A program made the position numbers and the translations under genes. The notes under the pieces are model-generated. The model did not search any database. It saw nothing but the letters and a program-made list of their open reading frames with translations, and was not told the DNA's origin. Positions 29,011-39,870 of a stretch of 64,000 nucleotides of DNA are shown here, one piece after another. The stretch spans positions 8,130 to 72,129 of the forward strand of contig CAMDWJ010000009.1 in the NCBI GenBank assembly GCA_945877815.1, written 5' to 3'. Position 1 is the stretch's first letter. The number at the start of each line of letters is the position of its first letter. Source of the stretch: Caenispirillum bisanense. GTDB taxonomy: Bacteria; Pseudomonadota; Alphaproteobacteria; Rhodospirillales; UBA2165.

Positions 29011-29037
29011 GTCGTTCGAGGAGGGCGGATTTCGACA
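29011..29037 (-). promoter_or_regulatory. ECF42-type promoter upstream of DGPF-ecf42 operon
   Basis: minus strand TGTCGA-N17-CGAC matches the recalled ECF42 consensus (TGTCGA / CGWC), ~50 nt before the start. Confidence 0.7.
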
Positions 29038-29131
29038 GGATATGTGAAATAATTCCAGTTTTCTTGGACTGGCACAAAGTTTTCCACAGGTTTATGTAAT
29101 ATCTCCCCAACCCAGACGGCGGGAGAGCGAT

Positions 29132-31012
29132 ATGCCTGAACTTCGATCCAAGACCTCGACCCACGGCCGCAATATGGCCGGCGCGCGCGGTCTTTGGCGC
29201 GCAACCGGGATGACCGATAGCGATTTCGGCAAGCCGATCATCGCGGTCGCCAATTCCTTTACGCAGTTCGTGCCGGGCCATGTCCATCTCAAGGATCTCG
29301 GTCAGATGGTTGCGCGCGAGATCGAAAAGGCCGGTGGGGTGGCCAAGGAATTCAACACCATTGCGGTCGATGACGGCATCGCGATGGGTCACGACGGCAT
29401 GCTCTATTCGCTGCCGTCGCGCGAGATCATCGCGGATTCGGTCGAATATATGGTCAATGCCCATTGCGCCGACGCAATGGTCTGCATCTCGAACTGCGAC
29501 AAGATCACGCCCGGCATGTTGATGGCCGCCATGCGCCTCAATATCCCCTGCGTCTTCGTCTCGGGCGGACCGATGGAGGCGGGCAAGATCGTCATCGACG
29601 GCGTGGAAACCTCAATCGATCTCATCGACGCCATGATCCAGGGCGCCAACCCCAACGTTTCGGATGAGCTTGCCGAGCAATACGAGCGCTCGGCATGCCC
29701 GACCTGCGGTTCGTGCTCGGGCATGTTCACCGCCAATTCCATGAATTGTCTCGCCGAGGCGCTGGGCCTTGCGCTGCCTGGCAACGGCAGCGTGTTGGCG
29801 ACCCATGCCGACCGCAAAGAGCTGTTCCTCGGCGCCGGCCGTCTCGTGGTCGAGCTTGCGCATCGCTATTACGATCAAAACGACGTCTCCGTGCTGCCGC
29901 GTAGCGTCGGCATGAAGGGCCTGGAAAATGCCATGACCCTCGATATCGCCATGGGCGGTTCGACCAATACGGTGCTTCATCTGCTGGCGATCGCGCAGGA
30001 AGGCGAAATCCCCTTCAGCATGTCCGATATCGACCGTCTGTCGCGCAAGGTACCGAACGTCTGCAAGGTGGCACCCGCCGTGGCGGATATCCACTTGGAA
30101 GACGTGCATCGCGCCGGCGGGATCATGTCGATCATGGGCGAGTTGGAGAAGGGCGGGCTGATCCATAGCGATGCGCCGAACGTGCATTCGAAAACCATGG
30201 GCGCCGCGCTTAACGCCTGGGACGTGACCCGCACCAAGGACGAGAATGTCCACACCTTCTTCCGTGCCGCGCCCGGCGGCGTACCGACACAGGTGGCCTT
30301 CAGCCAGGTGCGGCGTTACAAGGAACTCGATCTCGACCGCGAGAAGGGCGTTATCCGTTCGGTCAAGAACGCCTATTCGGCCGACGGTGGGCTGGCCGTG
30401 CTCTACGGCAATATCGCGCTCGAAGGCTGCATCGTGAAAACCGCAGGCGTGGACAAGAGCATCCTCAAGTTCAAAGGTCCGGCGCGTATTTTCGAAAGCC
30501 AGGACTCGGCCAGCAAGGCGATCCTCAGCCGCGAGATCAAGGCGGGTGACGTCGTCGTCATCCGCTACGAAGGGCCGAAGGGCGGCCCTGGCATGCAGGA
30601 AATGCTCTATCCCACGAGTTATCTGAAATCGATGGGCCTCGGTAAGGACTGCGCGTTGCTGACCGATGGACGTTTCTCGGGCGGCACCTCGGGCCTGTCG
30701 ATCGGACATGTCTCGCCGGAAGCCGCCGAGGGCGGCGCCATCGGCCTGGTCGAAGAGGGCGATATGCTCGAGATCGATATCCCGGGCCGCACGCTCAATC
30801 TCGCGGTTTCGGATGCGGAGTTATCGCGTCGTCGCGCGGCCATGGAAAATCGTGCGCAACCGTGGATGCCGACTGAGCAGCGCAAGCGCAAGGTCAGCCA
30901 AGCACTGCGCGCCTATGCGGCGCTGACCACGAGTGCGGCGCGCGGCGCGGTGCGCGACGTCACGCAGGTCGAACGCGGCCGGCGTGGTGTGAAGGCGCAA
31001 GCGGCCGAATAG
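29132..31012 (+). CDS. ilvD: dihydroxy-acid dehydratase
   Basis: [40 protein letters not shown]. Confidence 0.98.
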   Translation: MPELRSKTSTHGRNMAGARGLWRATGMTDSDFGKPIIAVANSFTQFVPGHVHLKDLGQMVAREIEKAGGVAKEFNTIAVDDGIAMGHDGMLYSLPSREIIADSVEYMVNAHCADAMVCISNCDKITPGMLMAAMRLNIPCVFVSGGPMEAGKIVIDGVETSIDLIDAMIQGANPNVSDELAEQYERSACPTCGSCSGMFTANSMNCLAEALGLALPGNGSVLATHADRKELFLGAGRLVVELAHRYYDQNDVSVLPRSVGMKGLENAMTLDIAMGGSTNTVLHLLAIAQEGEIPFSMSDIDRLSRKVPNVCKVAPAVADIHLEDVHRAGGIMSIMGELEKGGLIHSDAPNVHSKTMGAALNAWDVTRTKDENVHTFFRAAPGGVPTQVAFSQVRRYKELDLDREKGVIRSVKNAYSADGGLAVLYGNIALEGCIVKTAGVDKSILKFKGPARIFESQDSASKAILSREIKAGDVVVIRYEGPKGGPGMQEMLYPTSYLKSMGLGKDCALLTDGRFSGGTSGLSIGHVSPEAAEGGAIGLVEEGDMLEIDIPGRTLNLAVSDAELSRRRAAMENRAQPWMPTEQRKRKVSQALRAYAALTTSAARGAVRDVTQVERGRRGVKAQAAE

Positions 31013-31072
31013 TCTTTCGTCGAGAAACGAAAATCGTCCGGCCCTCGCAACGGCCGGAGTAGGGAGGGGTAT

Positions 31073-31849
31073 ATGGATCTGCAAGGTCGCGCGGCCATCG
31101 TCACGGGATCGGCAACGGGCATAGGCGCCGAAACGGCTAAGCTGCTTGCCGCCAAGGGCTGCAATGTCGTCGTCAACTATTCGCGCAGCAAGGGCGAGGC
31201 GGAAGAGACGGCCGACGAATGCCGCAAGGCAGGAGCCGATGTTCTGCTGATCAGTGCGGATGTCTCAAAAGACGAAGATTGCCGCGCGATGGCGAAAGCG
31301 GCGCTCGAGAAGTGGAAACGGCTCGATGTGTTGGTGAACAGCGCCGGGCGCACCAAGCCCGCGACCCCGGGCGATTACGATGCGCTGAACGCCCAGGACT
31401 TCCACGACATCTATGCGGTCAACGTAATCGGCGCCTATCAGATGATTCGCGCCGTGGTGCCGGCCCTGAAGGCGAGCGGCGACGGCGCCATCGTGAGCGT
31501 ATCGGCGCTGGCGGCGCTCACCGGCGAAGGCAGTTCCATCGCCTATGCGGCGTCCAAGGGTGCGCTCAATTCGATGACGATTTCCTTCGCGCGCCAATTG
31601 GCGCCGCATATCCGCGTCAACGCGGTTTGCCCGGGCTTCGTCGCCACCCGCTGGATGAAGAACCTATTGGGCGAGCAACGCTTCAACGAACGCGTCCAGG
31701 ACATGGCCGCGACGACGCCGGTCGGCAAGACGGCGCACGCCGAAGATATCGCCGAGATCGTGTGCTGGTATATCGACGGGCCGGGCCTGATCACGGGCGA
31801 AATCGTGCCGGTCGACTACGGAACTCGCTTCGGGATGCGCGCGAAATAA
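31073..31849 (+). CDS. short-chain dehydrogenase/reductase
   Basis: TGSATGIG, YAASK, IRVNAVCPG; strong GGAGGGG SD. Confidence 0.93.
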   Translation: MDLQGRAAIVTGSATGIGAETAKLLAAKGCNVVVNYSRSKGEAEETADECRKAGADVLLISADVSKDEDCRAMAKAALEKWKRLDVLVNSAGRTKPATPGDYDALNAQDFHDIYAVNVIGAYQMIRAVVPALKASGDGAIVSVSALAALTGEGSSIAYAASKGALNSMTISFARQLAPHIRVNAVCPGFVATRWMKNLLGEQRFNERVQDMAATTPVGKTAHAEDIAEIVCWYIDGPGLITGEIVPVDYGTRFGMRAK

Positions 31850-31857
31850 GGGAAAGA

Positions 31858-31934
31858 AAAACCCTCATCCTGAGCTTGTCGAAGCATGAGGGTTTTGGCT
31901 TTCGCGCCCATCCTTCGACAGGCTCAGGATGAGG
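31858..31934. repeat. REP-like palindromic element between convergent genes
   Basis: 22-bp arms CCTCATCCTGAGCTTGTCGAAG / CTTCGACAGGCTCAGGATGAGG (1 mismatch); alternative 11-bp hairpin AAAACCCTCAT/ATGAGGGTTTT. Confidence 0.75.
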
Positions 31935-31946
31935 ACTTGGTAGAAT

Positions 31947-32732
31947 TTAAGTCGATGCGCGCGCTTCGAGTGCCTGCGAGATTGTCTTGCGGATGATCTT
32001 GAGCTCGTTTTCCTTCATCTCGCCGGCCAGCGCGTAATCCAGCGCGCCATTGCTCCAATAAATTGCATTTTTGTGCTTCTGGTCAATGGTGCGAAACGCG
32101 GTGTCCAGGTTTCCTGTGCCGCGGCGGACATAGAGGGTCACGCGCCCACCGCTATCGTTTTCATACATGATAAGCGCGGCCGGTTCGCCCTGATCATTGA
32201 CCAGACGCCCGCCGATCAACGCGAATCCGGCGGGGCTTAAATCGGGCGTGCGAATTTGTTGCCCCAGCCGGTCGGAGAGCCAGCCGACATAATCCGTTTC
32301 GTCATTGACGCCGATCTCGACGGGCCGCGAGGAATCGTACGCATAGACGGCATAGGCATTGATCGCGCGATTGACGAACTGGCTGCCGGGTGTGCGCTGT
32401 GACTGTGTGACGACATCGCTACTCCAAAAGCCGCCGGCGCCGCCGACCGCGACGAGCATGAGAGCCGCCGCGATCTGGCGCCATCCCGGCAGCCAGCGGC
32501 GTACACCACTATTGTCCAATGCTTGGCGCACACCCGCCGGGAGAGGCGTATCTTTCGGCAGATCGTAGAGCAGATGGAGCTGCAGGCGCTGAAGCTTATA
32601 GGCATGGACGCGCGCCGCGTCCTGCGGGTGGTCGGCGAGCCAGAGTTCGATCTCGGCCAGTTCCTGGGTATCGAGCTCGCCATCGACATAGGCATTGAGA
32701 TCGGTGTCGGACAGTTGTTCGGGCTCGGTCAT
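31947..32732 (-). CDS. transmembrane anti-sigma factor
   Basis: LNAYVDGEL, single TM, WLSDRLG..PDLS..GFALIGGRL, YWS..LDYALAG; ATGA overlap with the sigma gene. Confidence 0.88.
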   Translation of the reverse strand: MTEPEQLSDTDLNAYVDGELDTQELAEIELWLADHPQDAARVHAYKLQRLQLHLLYDLPKDTPLPAGVRQALDNSGVRRWLPGWRQIAAALMLVAVGGAGGFWSSDVVTQSQRTPGSQFVNRAINAYAVYAYDSSRPVEIGVNDETDYVGWLSDRLGQQIRTPDLSPAGFALIGGRLVNDQGEPAALIMYENDSGGRVTLYVRRGTGNLDTAFRTIDQKHKNAIYWSNGALDYALAGEMKENELKIIRKTISQALEARAST

Positions 32733-33238
32733 GTTACGCTCCTCAATTGCGGCCGGTTTTGTCCCTCGACCGCGCGACGCAAACGTTCGCGCGCTCGGGC
32801 GAGCCGCGACATCACCGTCCCGACGGGGATGCCGAGGATCGACGCCGTATCCTGATAAGACATGTCTTCGAGTCCGATCAGGAGCACGACCTGGCGTTGT
32901 TCTTCGGGCAGTTCGCTCATCGCGCGATCGAGATCGCGCAAGGCCAGTCGTTGTGTCGCGTCGTCGACGGCGGCGACGCGGTTTTCGATTTCCTCGGTCA
33001 ATTGCGATGGGCTGGCCCGGCGCGAGGATTGGCGCAGGTTCTGGCGATGCAGATTGTGCATCACAGTGAACAGCCATGCGCGCATGTTTGTGCCGGCCTG
33101 GAATAGTTGAAGCCGTCCGAGTGCCCGGGCGGTCGTGTCCTGGACCAAGTCGTTGGCGGCATCGGTATCGCGCGTCAGCGAGCGCGCATAACGCATGAGA
33201 TGCGGCAATTCGGCGACGAGTGCGGTTCGTTTATCCAT
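32729..33238 (-). CDS. ECF sigma factor (ECF26/PrtI-like)
   Basis: LPHLMRYARSLT, DLVQDT, RAWLFTVMHN, PVGTVMSRLARARE. Confidence 0.9.
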   Translation of the reverse strand: MDKRTALVAELPHLMRYARSLTRDTDAANDLVQDTTARALGRLQLFQAGTNMRAWLFTVMHNLHRQNLRQSSRRASPSQLTEEIENRVAAVDDATQRLALRDLDRAMSELPEEQRQVVLLIGLEDMSYQDTASILGIPVGTVMSRLARARERLRRAVEGQNRPQLRSVT

Positions 33239-33261
33239 GGGTTTGTGTCCGATTCCGGAGG

Positions 33262-33294
33262 GGAAGCCTCCCGGCGGGGGGCCGGGAGACTTCC
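33262..33294 (-). terminator. GC-rich hairpin between small secreted gene and ECF sigma gene
   Basis: minus strand GGAAGTCTCCCGGC/GCCGGGAGGCTTCC pairs fully with one G-U; no U-tract. Confidence 0.45.
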
Positions 33295-33325
33295 TTACCC
33301 CAGCATCATATCACTGAATGCCGTA

Positions 33326-33565
33326 TCACTTTTTCCCCTTGTCGGCGGCTTGGCCCTTGGCGTCGCTCTGGCCTTTGACCTCGGGGATGCCCTTGGTTTC
33401 GCTCTTGCCTTTGACTTCGGCCTTACCCTTGGATTCGGCGCTCTTGCCCTTCTCCTGGACGTTTTCCATTTTGGTTTCGGCTTTGCCCTGGGCATAAGCG
33501 ATTCCGGGCGCGGCGCCGGCGGTCAGGAGGAGCGCGGCGGCGGTGGCGGCCAATAAGGTCTTCAT
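33326..33565 (-). CDS. small secreted Lys-rich protein with KG-x4 repeats
   Basis: Sec signal (MKTLLAATAAALL...AYA) then about 7 KGxxxx units; GAAGG SD; ECF-like promoter upstream. Confidence 0.75.
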   Translation of the reverse strand: MKTLLAATAAALLLTAGAAPGIAYAQGKAETKMENVQEKGKSAESKGKAEVKGKSETKGIPEVKGQSDAKGQAADKGKK

Positions 33566-33625
33566 CGGTGAAATGCCTTCATTTTAAGGTTACGCTGGCC
33601 GAAATGGCCGGCGTTCAATCATACC

Positions 33626-33650
33626 AATGCCGGTAGGATGCGGTTATTCC
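33626..33650 (-). promoter_or_regulatory. ECF-type promoter
   Basis: minus strand GGAAT-N16-CATT, ~60 nt upstream of the small gene-sigma-anti-sigma operon. Confidence 0.55.
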
Positions 33651-33760
33651 CCCGAATATTGACGCCTGCGCGCTTCTGACTCCGAGCCGCTCAATATGGT
33701 GGCGGATTACCTGATTATCTGTATGGATACGGCGGGGAAGAATAGCCGGGGGGTGATCAC

Positions 33761-34537
33761 GTGCGCGTTATTCGAATAGACGACCTGTTCGAGACACAAT
33801 CCCAGCAAGCAGTTGATATCCGCCGAGAATTCATCTCGCGATATATTTTTGAAGTGTTTGAAGGGGTCGTCCGATATGGCCCCTTGAAGTCCTTCATTCT
33901 CAACAAAGACTCATCCTGGGGCGGCGCGGATCTGGCCGCCAAATTGCTGGGCCTCTACGAAAAGGAGGTCTTGGACGCGATTTTGAGCAAATCGCCCCGT
34001 TTCACGACTCTCGTGAATTTGGGGGCAGCGGACGGCTATTACGGCATCGGCCTCCTAAAAGCGGATATTTTCCAAAGATCGGTCTGCTATGAGTCGTCGG
34101 AAAAAGGCCGCGCACTCATCGCGGCCACCGCGAAGGCGAATGGAGTCGACAAGAGAATCGTTATCGGTGGTACGGCCAGCGCAGCTTTTCCGAGCGAGAT
34201 TTCGAAACTAGGTGTCGCCCTCAACGAGTGCGTTGTGCTGTGCGACATCGAAGGCGGGGAATTCGACGTACTTTCCCTACATTGTATACAGCAGCTTCGT
34301 CATTCGATGCTGCTCATCGAACTTCATGACTTCATGGTGAATGACGGAGATGCGAAGAAGCGAAACCTCATAGAGATGCTCAGCGAACATTTTTCCATCA
34401 CCCTGCTGACAATGGGAACGCGCGACCTTTCGCCATTTCCGGAACTCGGAATGCTGAATGACAATGATCGGTGGCTTATCTGTTCGGAAGGGCGGCCGCG
34501 CCATATGTCGTGGCTTCGGTGCGATCCGCTGACCTGA
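33761..34537 (+). CDS. SAM-dependent methyltransferase-like protein (FkbM-like)
   Basis: LGLYEKE, VNLGAADGYYG, CDIEGGE, LIELHD; more AT-rich codon usage. Confidence 0.65.
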   Translation: MRVIRIDDLFETQSQQAVDIRREFISRYIFEVFEGVVRYGPLKSFILNKDSSWGGADLAAKLLGLYEKEVLDAILSKSPRFTTLVNLGAADGYYGIGLLKADIFQRSVCYESSEKGRALIAATAKANGVDKRIVIGGTASAAFPSEISKLGVALNECVVLCDIEGGEFDVLSLHCIQQLRHSMLLIELHDFMVNDGDAKKRNLIEMLSEHFSITLLTMGTRDLSPFPELGMLNDNDRWLICSEGRPRHMSWLRCDPLT

Positions 34538-34549
34538 GCAGTGAGCCGA

Positions 34550-35323
34550 TCAGTCGGCCAGTTCGCACCAGGCGGGGGTATGGTCCGATGCCTTCTCCCA
34601 CCCGCGCGGGGTGCGGTCGACGCCCGAATTCACCAACCGGTCCGCCGCCTGCGGGGAAAGCAACAGATGGTCGATCCGGATGCCGTTGTCGCGCTGCCAC
34701 GAACCGGACTGATAGTCCCAGAAGGTAAAGACCCCGTGCTCGGGATGCTGAGCCCGGATTGCGTCGGTGAGACCGAGATAGAGCATCTTGCGGTACATGG
34801 CCCGCGATTCAGGCCGGTATAGAGCATCGCCAGTCCAGGCGGCCGGGTTCATGGCGTCGATCGGCTCGGGGATGATGTTGTAATCGCCGGCAAGCACGAA
34901 GGCATCTTCGGTTTCGAGCAGCCCCTGGGCATGTTCATAAAGCCGCTCGAGGAAGGCGAGCTTGTAGGGAAATTTCTCGCTCTCGACGGGATTGCCGTTC
35001 GGCGCATAGATGGACGCGACGCGCAGCCCGGCGGTGAACACCTCCAGATAGCGTGCGTGGGTGTCGTCTTCCATCCCGGGCAGGCCGCGCTGCTCAACAT
35101 CGATGGGGCTTTTGGACAGCACGGCGACGCCGTTATAGGTTTTCTGTCCCAAGATCGCGACGTTGTAGCCGAGATCTTCGATCTCAGTGCGCGGGAATTG
35201 TTCTTCGAGACATTTGAGTTCTTGCAGCAGGACGATGTCCGGGCGGAACTCGCCCAGCCACTGTTGCAAATGGGCGGCGCGGGCCCTGACCGAATTCACG
35301 TTCCAGGTGGCGATTTTGACCAT
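34550..35323 (-). CDS. xth: exodeoxyribonuclease III
   Basis: IATWNVNSV, LQELK, YNGVA, GDYN, RIDHLL, SDHTP. Confidence 0.95.
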   Translation of the reverse strand: MVKIATWNVNSVRARAAHLQQWLGEFRPDIVLLQELKCLEEQFPRTEIEDLGYNVAILGQKTYNGVAVLSKSPIDVEQRGLPGMEDDTHARYLEVFTAGLRVASIYAPNGNPVESEKFPYKLAFLERLYEHAQGLLETEDAFVLAGDYNIIPEPIDAMNPAAWTGDALYRPESRAMYRKMLYLGLTDAIRAQHPEHGVFTFWDYQSGSWQRDNGIRIDHLLLSPQAADRLVNSGVDRTPRGWEKASDHTPAWCELAD

Positions 35324-35399
35324 ACGCGCGTCTTAGCACATGAACATAGGAGCGTCATGACTAACGTGACGGGCCGCCCACGAAGCGCGATCGACGATG

Positions 35400-35732
35400 T
35401 CAAATCGAGAAAGAAACGCCGCAGCCGCAGGAGGACGAGGCGTTGGGATTGCTCAGCTTGAAGAACGAGCCGACAAGATTGTCGACATAGTCAAGCTCGG
35501 CGCCCTTGACCAGTTCGAGCGAGGTTTCATCGACCACGACCTTGACGCCCTCGGACTCGAAAACTTTGTCCTCGGATGTGATTTCGCGGTCGAGATCGAA
35601 GCCAAGCTGGAAGCCCGAGCAGCCGCCGGACGACACCGACACGCGCATGGCGAGCGAATCGTCGCCTTCGAGGGCAACCAATTCCTTGATGCGCTTGGCC
35701 GCGTTGGCCGTGATGCCGATATCGCTGTGCAT
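35400..35732 (-). CDS. erpA: iron-sulfur cluster insertion protein ErpA (HesB family)
   Basis: GGCSGF, NPNASSSCGCGVSF; xth-erpA-dgt synteny; start reassigned to MHSDI. Confidence 0.88.
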   Translation of the reverse strand: MHSDIGITANAAKRIKELVALEGDDSLAMRVSVSSGGCSGFQLGFDLDREITSEDKVFESEGVKVVVDETSLELVKGAELDYVDNLVGSFFKLSNPNASSSCGCGVSFSI

Positions 35733-35845
35733 ATTGACCCTAAGAAAAATCGGGTTAAGTCGTTGCCATACAATCCCGAATCGCTCCTGATACTTAATCC
35801 GAACCAGCATTTTGTCAAATTGGGGCCAACATCAGGTCAGGATCG

Positions 35846-35874
35846 TTGCCTCCCCATCCATGCGCGGCTAGTTT
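35846..35874 (+). promoter_or_regulatory. sigma70-like promoter directly before dgt start
   Basis: TTGCCT-N17-TAGTTT, 7 nt before the ATG at 35882. Confidence 0.55.
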
Positions 35875-35881
35875 GCCCCCA

Positions 35882-37057
35882 ATGCCAAATAATCTCGCAC
35901 CCTTTGCCTGCTACCCGGCCAGAAGCCGCGGCCGGCTGTATCACGAGGCCGACAGCGCCACACGCGACTGTTTCCAGCGCGACCGCGACCGGATCATCCA
36001 TTCGGTCGCCTTCCGCCGGCTCGAGTATAAGACCCAGGTCTTCGTCAACCATGAGGGCGACCATTTCCGCACCCGGCTGACCCACACGCTAGAGGTCGCG
36101 CAGATCGCGCGCTCCATCGCGCGCTATCTGAACCTCAACGAGGATTTGGCCGAGGCCCTGGCGCTCGCCCACGATCTCGGTCATCCGCCCTTCGGTCACG
36201 CCGGCGAAGACGCGCTCGCCGCTGAAATGCAGCCGTTCGGGGGATTCGACCACAATGCCCAGTCGTTGAAAGTCGTCACCAATCTGGAACGGCGATATCC
36301 CGCCTTCGACGGCCTCAATCTAACCTGGGAAACGCTGGAAGGGATCGTGAAGCATAACGGCCCGCTGATCGGCCATGGCATCGCGCGCGAGGTTCCGCGC
36401 GACATCCGCGAATATATGGGCGTGTACGATCTGGAACTCGGCAGTTTCGCCTCCGCCGAGGCGCAGGTCGCGGCACTCGCCGACGACATCGCCTATAATA
36501 ACCACGACATCGACGACGGATTGCGCGCGGGTCTTTTTAGCATAGCGGATCTCATGGAACTGCCTCTTGTCGGTCGGATATTCCATGATGTTCAGGCAGA
36601 ATACACGAATCTCGATCCCTCGATCCAGATTCACGAGGCCATTCGCCGCATGATTGGCGAATGGGTCGAGGATTGCCTGACCGAGTCGTTGAACCGCATT
36701 GAACGCGTCGCGCCGAAATCGGTCGAGGAGTTGAGAACCTTGCCCGATCCGGTCATCGCATCGAGCTATGAGATGATGCGCTGCGATGCCGCGATCCGCG
36801 AATTCCTGCGCGAACACATGTATCGCCACTACAAAGTCAATCGCATGACCAGCAAGGCGCGCCGCGTCGTACGCGAATTGTTCACGCTGCTGCTGGCGGA
36901 ACCGCAGAGCCTGCCGCCCGAATGGCAAAGGCGCGCTGGCAAGCCTGGCGACGAGGTGACGGCGCGCACCGTGTCGGACTATATCGGTGGTATGACTGAC
37001 CGTTTCGCCATTGATGAGCATGTGCGGCTGATCGATGTGCAGGCGCGCGCGTCATGA
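35882..37057 (+). CDS. dgt: deoxyguanosinetriphosphate triphosphohydrolase
   Basis: [51 protein letters not shown]. Confidence 0.95.
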   Translation: MPNNLAPFACYPARSRGRLYHEADSATRDCFQRDRDRIIHSVAFRRLEYKTQVFVNHEGDHFRTRLTHTLEVAQIARSIARYLNLNEDLAEALALAHDLGHPPFGHAGEDALAAEMQPFGGFDHNAQSLKVVTNLERRYPAFDGLNLTWETLEGIVKHNGPLIGHGIAREVPRDIREYMGVYDLELGSFASAEAQVAALADDIAYNNHDIDDGLRAGLFSIADLMELPLVGRIFHDVQAEYTNLDPSIQIHEAIRRMIGEWVEDCLTESLNRIERVAPKSVEELRTLPDPVIASSYEMMRCDAAIREFLREHMYRHYKVNRMTSKARRVVRELFTLLLAEPQSLPPEWQRRAGKPGDEVTARTVSDYIGGMTDRFAIDEHVRLIDVQARAS

Positions 37058-37070
37058 GGATTTTTGTGTC

Positions 37071-38828
37071 ATGAGTGCCGAGACCAACGCATTCGAGATC
37101 ATGCGTGGGCGCATCGAAGGCGCGCTCGCCGGTATCGTGCCCGCCGGTACCGATATTTCGCGTCTCACCGTCGAGCCGCCGCGCGATGCGGCGCATGGCG
37201 ATATCTCCACCAACGCGGCCATGGTCCTGACGAAGGCGGCGGGACTGAAGCCGCGCGATCTAGCGGACAAGATCGCAGCCAAGCTGGGCGGCGATGCCGA
37301 TGTCGTAAAAGTCGAGGTCGCGGGGCCGGGCTTTATCAATCTGACGCTGACGGATTCCTTCTGGCACACGCGCCTTGCCGAAATCCTGCGCGCTGGCATT
37401 GTCTATGGCACCTCGAAGGCCGGGCAGGGCCGCCGTGTGAACGTCGAATATGTGTCGGCCAATCCGACCGGACCGATGCATGTCGGCCATGGGCGCGGCG
37501 CGGTCGTCGGCGATGCGTTGGCGGCGCTGCTGGCCAAGGCGGGCTTCGATGTAACGCGCGAATATTACATCAACGATGCAGGCGCGCAGGTCGATCAGCT
37601 CGCACGCTCGCTCCATCTGCGCTACCGCGAAGCCTTAGGCGAGGTCGTGACTGCGATACCGGAAGGTCTATATCCCGGCGCCTATTTGGTTCCGATCGGC
37701 GCGATGCTTGCTGGGCGCGACGGCGACAAATGGCTTCACCTGGCCGAGGCCGAATGGTTGCCGCCGCTCCGCGACTTCGCGGTCGCCGAGATGATGAAGT
37801 TGATCCGCGAGGATCTGGCAGCACTCGGTGTCGTGCACAGCGTCTTCACGTCCGAACGTGCGTTGGTCGCGGGCGGCCGCGTCGATGAGGTGATGCGCGA
37901 GCTCGAAGGCCGCGGCCTGATCTATACCGGCACTCTCGAACCGCCCAAGGGCAAGACGCCCGAGGATTGGGAGCCGCGCCCGCAGAAGCTGTTCCGCGCC
38001 ACGCAATTCGGCGACGATGTCGATCGTCCGGTCGCCAAGTCCGACGGCACCTGGACCTATTTTGCGACCGACATGGCCTATCATCTCGACAAGTTCCGCC
38101 GTGGCTACGCCGATATGATCGACATTTGGGGCGCCGACCATGGCGGCTACGTGAAGCGGATGAGCGCCGCCGTACAGGCCCTGACCGAGAGCAAGGGACG
38201 CCTAGACGTCCAGCTCTGCCAGATGGTCAATCTGATGGACAAGGGCGAGCCGGTGAAAATGTCGAAACGGTCCGGCACCTTCGTCACCTTGCGAGAAGTG
38301 ATCGACGAAGTCGGCAAGGATGCCGTGCGCTTCATCATGCTGACGCGCAAGAACGATGCGCAGCTCGACTTCGATCTCGCTAAGGTGGTTGAACAGAGCC
38401 GCGACAATCCGGTGTTCTACGTGCAATATTCGCATGCGCGGTGCTGCTCGGTGTTGCGCCACGCGGCGGAGACATTTTCGGCGAACGAATTGACGGCGGA
38501 GGAATTGGCCAACGCGCCCGTCGAGCGTCTAACCGATCCAGCCGAATTGGCACTCATCAAGGCGATGGCGGCGTGGCCGCGCATGGTCGAAAGTGCCGCC
38601 GTCGCGCATGAACCGCATCGCATCGCCTATTATCTGAACGACCTGTCGTCGTACTTCCACGCTTTGTGGACCAAAGGCGCGCGCGAGGACGTCAGCCTGC
38701 GCTTCCTCAACGAGAACGACCGGGAGCTGACGCGCGCTCGTCTGGCCCTGGTGAGGGCATTAGCTGGCGTGATCGCATCCGGATTAGCCGTCATGGGCGT
38801 TGTCCCTGTCGAGGAGATGCGCGGATGA
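37071..38828 (+). CDS. argS: arginine--tRNA ligase
   Basis: [39 protein letters not shown]. Confidence 0.97.
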   Translation: MSAETNAFEIMRGRIEGALAGIVPAGTDISRLTVEPPRDAAHGDISTNAAMVLTKAAGLKPRDLADKIAAKLGGDADVVKVEVAGPGFINLTLTDSFWHTRLAEILRAGIVYGTSKAGQGRRVNVEYVSANPTGPMHVGHGRGAVVGDALAALLAKAGFDVTREYYINDAGAQVDQLARSLHLRYREALGEVVTAIPEGLYPGAYLVPIGAMLAGRDGDKWLHLAEAEWLPPLRDFAVAEMMKLIREDLAALGVVHSVFTSERALVAGGRVDEVMRELEGRGLIYTGTLEPPKGKTPEDWEPRPQKLFRATQFGDDVDRPVAKSDGTWTYFATDMAYHLDKFRRGYADMIDIWGADHGGYVKRMSAAVQALTESKGRLDVQLCQMVNLMDKGEPVKMSKRSGTFVTLREVIDEVGKDAVRFIMLTRKNDAQLDFDLAKVVEQSRDNPVFYVQYSHARCCSVLRHAAETFSANELTAEELANAPVERLTDPAELALIKAMAAWPRMVESAAVAHEPHRIAYYLNDLSSYFHALWTKGAREDVSLRFLNENDRELTRARLALVRALAGVIASGLAVMGVVPVEEMRG

Positions 38829-39868
38829 GTCCAGCCGACCGCCTGCCGCCGTCCGTTACGCCGCCCGGCGGATCGGATAAGGAACCTTATCTTTATCCGC
38901 GCACCGAACGTGACGTCGCTTACACACCGCCGAGGACCGAACTGGAGCCCGATGCGGAGCCGCCCTTCGCCACCATGCCGGAGGTCAGCGAACGTGAGTT
39001 GCAGGCCGATACGCTAGCCTTCGAACAGGTCGGCAGGCGCAAGCCACGCAATTGGGGCTGGCTCAAGCTGGTTCTGGTCCTTGCCATACTGGGCGGCGGC
39101 GGATATGGCGCCTACAAAAAATGGGGCGAGGATTTCCTACGTCCGACGGGCGACGATATTCCGACCGTGCGCGCGGTGGACGGGCCCTTCAAGGTGCGTC
39201 CGGAAACGCCCGGCGGCGCGGATGTTCCAAACCGCGACAAAGAGGTCTATGGCCTCCTTGAGCGCGATAAGGCTGGCAAAGGCAAGGCGGTGACTGAAAG
39301 CCTGTCGCCGCGTCCTGAGGCGCCGATGCGTCCGCCGCTCACCGCTACGCCGCCGAGTTCTGTGGCGTCGGAGGAATCCTCGCCGCAAATGACGATCGGA
39401 CCGGGCGAATCCGATGACGACGAAACGGAAATGGTCGAGGTCAAACCCGACGGCGTATCCGCCGCTTCGCAGGCAGCACCGGCCGCGCCATCGGCGGCCT
39501 CACCGAGCCCGAACCAGGTCCGCAGTGCCGCACCTCCGCCGCCTCCGCCGCCTCCGCCCGCAGTTAAGTCGGAAGAGCAGATCGCGACGGCCCCTGCGAC
39601 CTCTATCCCGGCGCGCGCCTTCAAGATCCAATTGGGTGCGGTGCGGACCGAGGCGGCCGCGTGGGTAGAATGGGACAAAATGCGCAAGACCTATGCATCC
39701 GTGCTTGGTCGTCTCGCACTGAATATCGAGCGCGCCGATCTTGGCACGAAGGGAGTTTATTTTCGCATCCAGGCAGGGCCGTTTAACGACCGTGCCGCGG
39801 CCGACGCGGCCTGCCAGGAGATGGCCAGGCAAAAAATCCCCTGCCTGCCCATACGGCCCGAAGGCTGA
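38825..39868 (+). CDS. SPOR domain cell-division protein (FtsN-like)
   Basis: single [13 protein letters not shown], Pro-rich linker, C-terminal IQLGA...[15 protein letters not shown] domain; argS-SPOR-nagZ synteny. Confidence 0.85.
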   Translation: MSPADRLPPSVTPPGGSDKEPYLYPRTERDVAYTPPRTELEPDAEPPFATMPEVSERELQADTLAFEQVGRRKPRNWGWLKLVLVLAILGGGGYGAYKKWGEDFLRPTGDDIPTVRAVDGPFKVRPETPGGADVPNRDKEVYGLLERDKAGKGKAVTESLSPRPEAPMRPPLTATPPSSVASEESSPQMTIGPGESDDDETEMVEVKPDGVSAASQAAPAAPSAASPSPNQVRSAAPPPPPPPPPAVKSEEQIATAPATSIPARAFKIQLGAVRTEAAAWVEWDKMRKTYASVLGRLALNIERADLGTKGVYFRIQAGPFNDRAAADAACQEMARQKIPCLPIRPEG

Positions 39869-39870
39869 TC

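Noticed and set aside
29080-29088. TTTTCCACA DnaA-box match upstream of ilvD
   Set aside because: Single isolated 9-mer with no cluster or origin context.
39520-39560. CCGCCG/CCTCCG run
   Set aside because: Poly-proline linker of the SPOR protein.
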